Positions 61,998-64,000 of a stretch of DNA of 64,000 nt are shown here, one piece after another. The translations under genes were made by a program, and so were the position numbers. Below the pieces are notes generated by a model. The model saw only the letters and a program-made list of their open reading frames with translations, did no database searches and was not told where the DNA came from. The number at the start of each line of letters is the position of its first letter. Position 1 is the stretch's first letter. Source of the DNA: an uncultured Bifidobacteriaceae bacterium (GTDB lineage: Bacteria > Bacteroidota > Bacteroidia > Cytophagales > UBA9547); assembly GCA_964572965.1 (NCBI GenBank), contig CAZNHL010000009.1:4836-68835 (forward strand). Reading direction: 5' to 3'.

Positions 61998-62385
61998 TAA
62001 TAATATATATTTAATTAAATAATTAATATTATAATGTATTATGCTGTGGATACGTGGAGAACTTTTAAAATCTCCTGTTGCTTCTTAATTATGTTTATAA
62101 AGTACTGTTGATAAGTATTTATGAACGTGTTATACACAACTAAGTTATTGATTATGAGTAGTCATTTTTTTAATCCACACAAGTTAACAATTGTTTAACA
62201 AATTGGTGTGAATTCTGATTTTGTGGATTAAATGTCTTTCTGGTTGAATAACTATTAGGCTTTTCCACACCATTATTTAGCCCTTAGTTACCAACAATCA
62301 GAACCAGTTTTTATCCACATTTATCCACTTATTTATATGCCTTTATTAAGCTTAAAAGGCACCATTGTTTATATGTTGATAAGTT
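61998..62385. other. Candidate chromosomal replication origin (oriC)
   Basis: Pure A/T run 61998-62035. Exact TTWTNCACA boxes at 62130, 62261 and 62311. One-mismatch boxes at 62045, 62106, 62171, 62222, 62321 and 62374, in both orientations. No ORF in the interval. Confidence 0.72.
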
Positions 62386-62387
62386 AA

Positions 62388-64000
62388 TTAGAAAGAAAAA
62401 ACTGCATCTCTCACTTCCCAGTTCTGTTTTAACGTAATTTTCTGTTCCATATAGATGATTTCTTCCGGTAAGTATCTAGTCCGGTAATTACCATTATCGA
62501 ATTTTTTGTTTTTATTAATATCTATAATTGCTCTTAATTGATATTCACCAGGTTTTAACTGAGGGAATAAAATTGTCTTTTCTGTTGTATAGACTGTATT
62601 GATTACCTCGCCTGTTGAATTAAGTAATTCAATGAAGTAGTCTTTTTTAGAGGTCTTTATCTTCACTTCAAGTAAGGCTACATCTTCTTCTTTTGATACT
62701 TTGAAAGTACTTAATACAGCGGTAGTGCTGTCTCCCTGAGATGATATTAAGAAACCTTCAGGAAGTTTTACTATAACAGAATCTGTTGCTGTTGTGAGAG
62801 GTATTTTTACAACAGTCCTGAACTGATTAAATTTAAGATCTGATTCCTTTAATAGCATTACCTTGTTATCAAGTTTAATATAGGTAGTATCGCTCAAGTT
62901 AACTTTTGCTATTGGTTTTTCCACTACAATTTCGAGTTCTCCCGGAATGATGATAGCATCACCTGAAGAAGGCTTCACAGATTTTAAGTAAACTACTTTT
63001 TTCTTTATCTCTTTATTTTTCTCTTTTTTACCTTCATCCTCTAGTTTAAAAAGAATGTTTTTGGTTGTTTTTAACTGAGCTCCTATGGAATCTATAGCTA
63101 CAATAATCAATGGAATACTGTCTGTATAAGTTTTAGTGATATCACTGTATATTGTAACCTTTTTCTTTTCTTTATCTATAGTATAATATACTGCATCTTT
63201 TGCTTTTATTAAGATACTGTCAATTCCTTTATTGAAGCCGATTTCACAATTCCGGTTTTTGTAGTTGATACTATTTATCGCTAGAGTATCATCATTTTGT
63301 TTAACCAGACCTAGTGTTATATGTTTTGTTGAATCAGAATTGATAGGCAAGGTTTTATCAAGAAAGCCTATTTTTTCAGATCTGCTGTTGAATTCGAAGT
63401 TCTTGTTTTTATCTTCAAAGGCATATAATTCATAATTATTGCTATGAATATTCTGTATCAGGAATTCTCCACTTTCATCAGTATATGTATAATAATAGGG
63501 TTTATGCTTTTTAATATTTAAAGTATCTGATTTTTTCCAAAGGCCGACAAGGACACCTTTTACTGCTTTTGATGTATATTGATCTTTTACTTTACCATGA
63601 AGCTGTAAAGAATCTATTATAGGTCCGGTAGAAAATACAACCTGAAGGTTTTTAGGACTGTTACCTTCTGTTATGTCTTTAATGCCATTATTCATCCTCA
63701 CAATGTAGGTTGTGTTTGGCTTAAGACTGTCTTTGAACCCTATTGTTACATTATAACCGGTTGTTTTGATATCAAGGTTTTTGCCATAATAGGGTGAAAT
63801 TTGTATTTCATCTCTCAGTTTACTTGTTTCTACCTTTTCACTAAACCTCAGGTATATTTTGTTACCTTTAAAATTGGTAGTTTGATTTTTTGGAGATATA
63901 CTTTTTACCGTTGGATTTAACGTGTCTTTTGGACCTCCTTCCAATGGAGTTATATTAGCACAAGAAGTTAGTAACCTGCTTAGTGTTATGAATACAATGA
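62388..64000 (-). CDS. Ig-like (Big_5) domain lipoprotein, 5' end beyond the window edge
   Basis: Frame stays open to the window end (...LLTSCANITPLEGGPKD, lipobox LTSC), so the ORF-track start at 63944 is internal. Big_5 N-terminus (F.E.V, NTTY.V...GIKDITEGN) and C-terminal L.PGEY.LRAI.D.N.N..FD.GN. Confidence 0.8.
   Translation of the reverse strand, partial: IVFITLSRLLTSCANITPLEGGPKDTLNPTVKSISPKNQTTNFKGNKIYLRFSEKVETSKLRDEIQISPYYGKNLDIKTTGYNVTIGFKDSLKPNTTYIVRMNNGIKDITEGNSPKNLQVVFSTGPIIDSLQLHGKVKDQYTSKAVKGVLVGLWKKSDTLNIKKHKPYYYTYTDESGEFLIQNIHSNNYELYAFEDKNKNFEFNSRSEKIGFLDKTLPINSDSTKHITLGLVKQNDDTLAINSINYKNRNCEIGFNKGIDSILIKAKDAVYYTIDKEKKKVTIYSDITKTYTDSIPLIIVAIDSIGAQLKTTKNILFKLEDEGKKEKNKEIKKKVVYLKSVKPSSGDAIIIPGELEIVVEKPIAKVNLSDTTYIKLDNKVMLLKESDLKFNQFRTVVKIPLTTATDSVIVKLPEGFLISSQGDSTTAVLSTFKVSKEEDVALLEVKIKTSKKDYFIELLNSTGEVINTVYTTEKTILFPQLKPGEYQLRAIIDINKNKKFDNGNYRTRYLPEEIIYMEQKITLKQNWEVRDAVFSF

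Noticed and set aside
1-64000. tRNA, rRNA, tmRNA or riboswitch genes
   Set aside because: No cloverleaf, T-loop GTTCGA with matching stems, or rRNA-like conserved blocks were seen in any intergenic gap. A covariance-model scan (Infernal/Rfam) would be needed to exclude divergent ncRNAs.

Overview
A 64-kb chromosomal segment from a Bacteroidota bacterium, most consistent with Cytophagales. Support: a T9SS C-terminal sorting domain, homodimeric GlyRS, GT3-type glycogen synthase, a cysteine-free SecA tail and TAnnTTTG -7 promoter elements. Positions 1-33 kb are mostly core or envelope genes: alpha-2-macroglobulin (5' truncated), yiaA, a cfa-like methyltransferase, mlaEFD, pbpC, secA, an M20 amidohydrolase, a Na/Pi transporter, accD and glyQS. 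Positions ~34.6-55 kb look accessory: KilA-N, a two-component system with a divergent TolC-RND-MFP efflux operon, then a dense defence-island-like block. That block holds three class II Fic proteins, an AAA+/nuclease-like ATPase, a Schlafen/AlbA_2-HATPase protein, a CPCC protein, three XRE HTH genes (one truncated) and a frameshifted receiver domain. Each winged-HTH-bearing gene in the block has its own palindromic or phased repeat array next to it. One Fic gene is bracketed by two directly repeated 37-bp palindromic sites whose arm-spacer-arm architecture resembles a recombination site or operator. The right end carries mgsA, an Old Yellow Enzyme, glycogen synthase, a TPR protein and a ~400-bp intergenic region with a 38-bp pure-AT run and at least nine DnaA-box-like 9-mers, probably oriC. 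No rRNA, tRNA, CRISPR array, integrase or transposase was found. All family assignments come from motif recognition by eye, not database searches.
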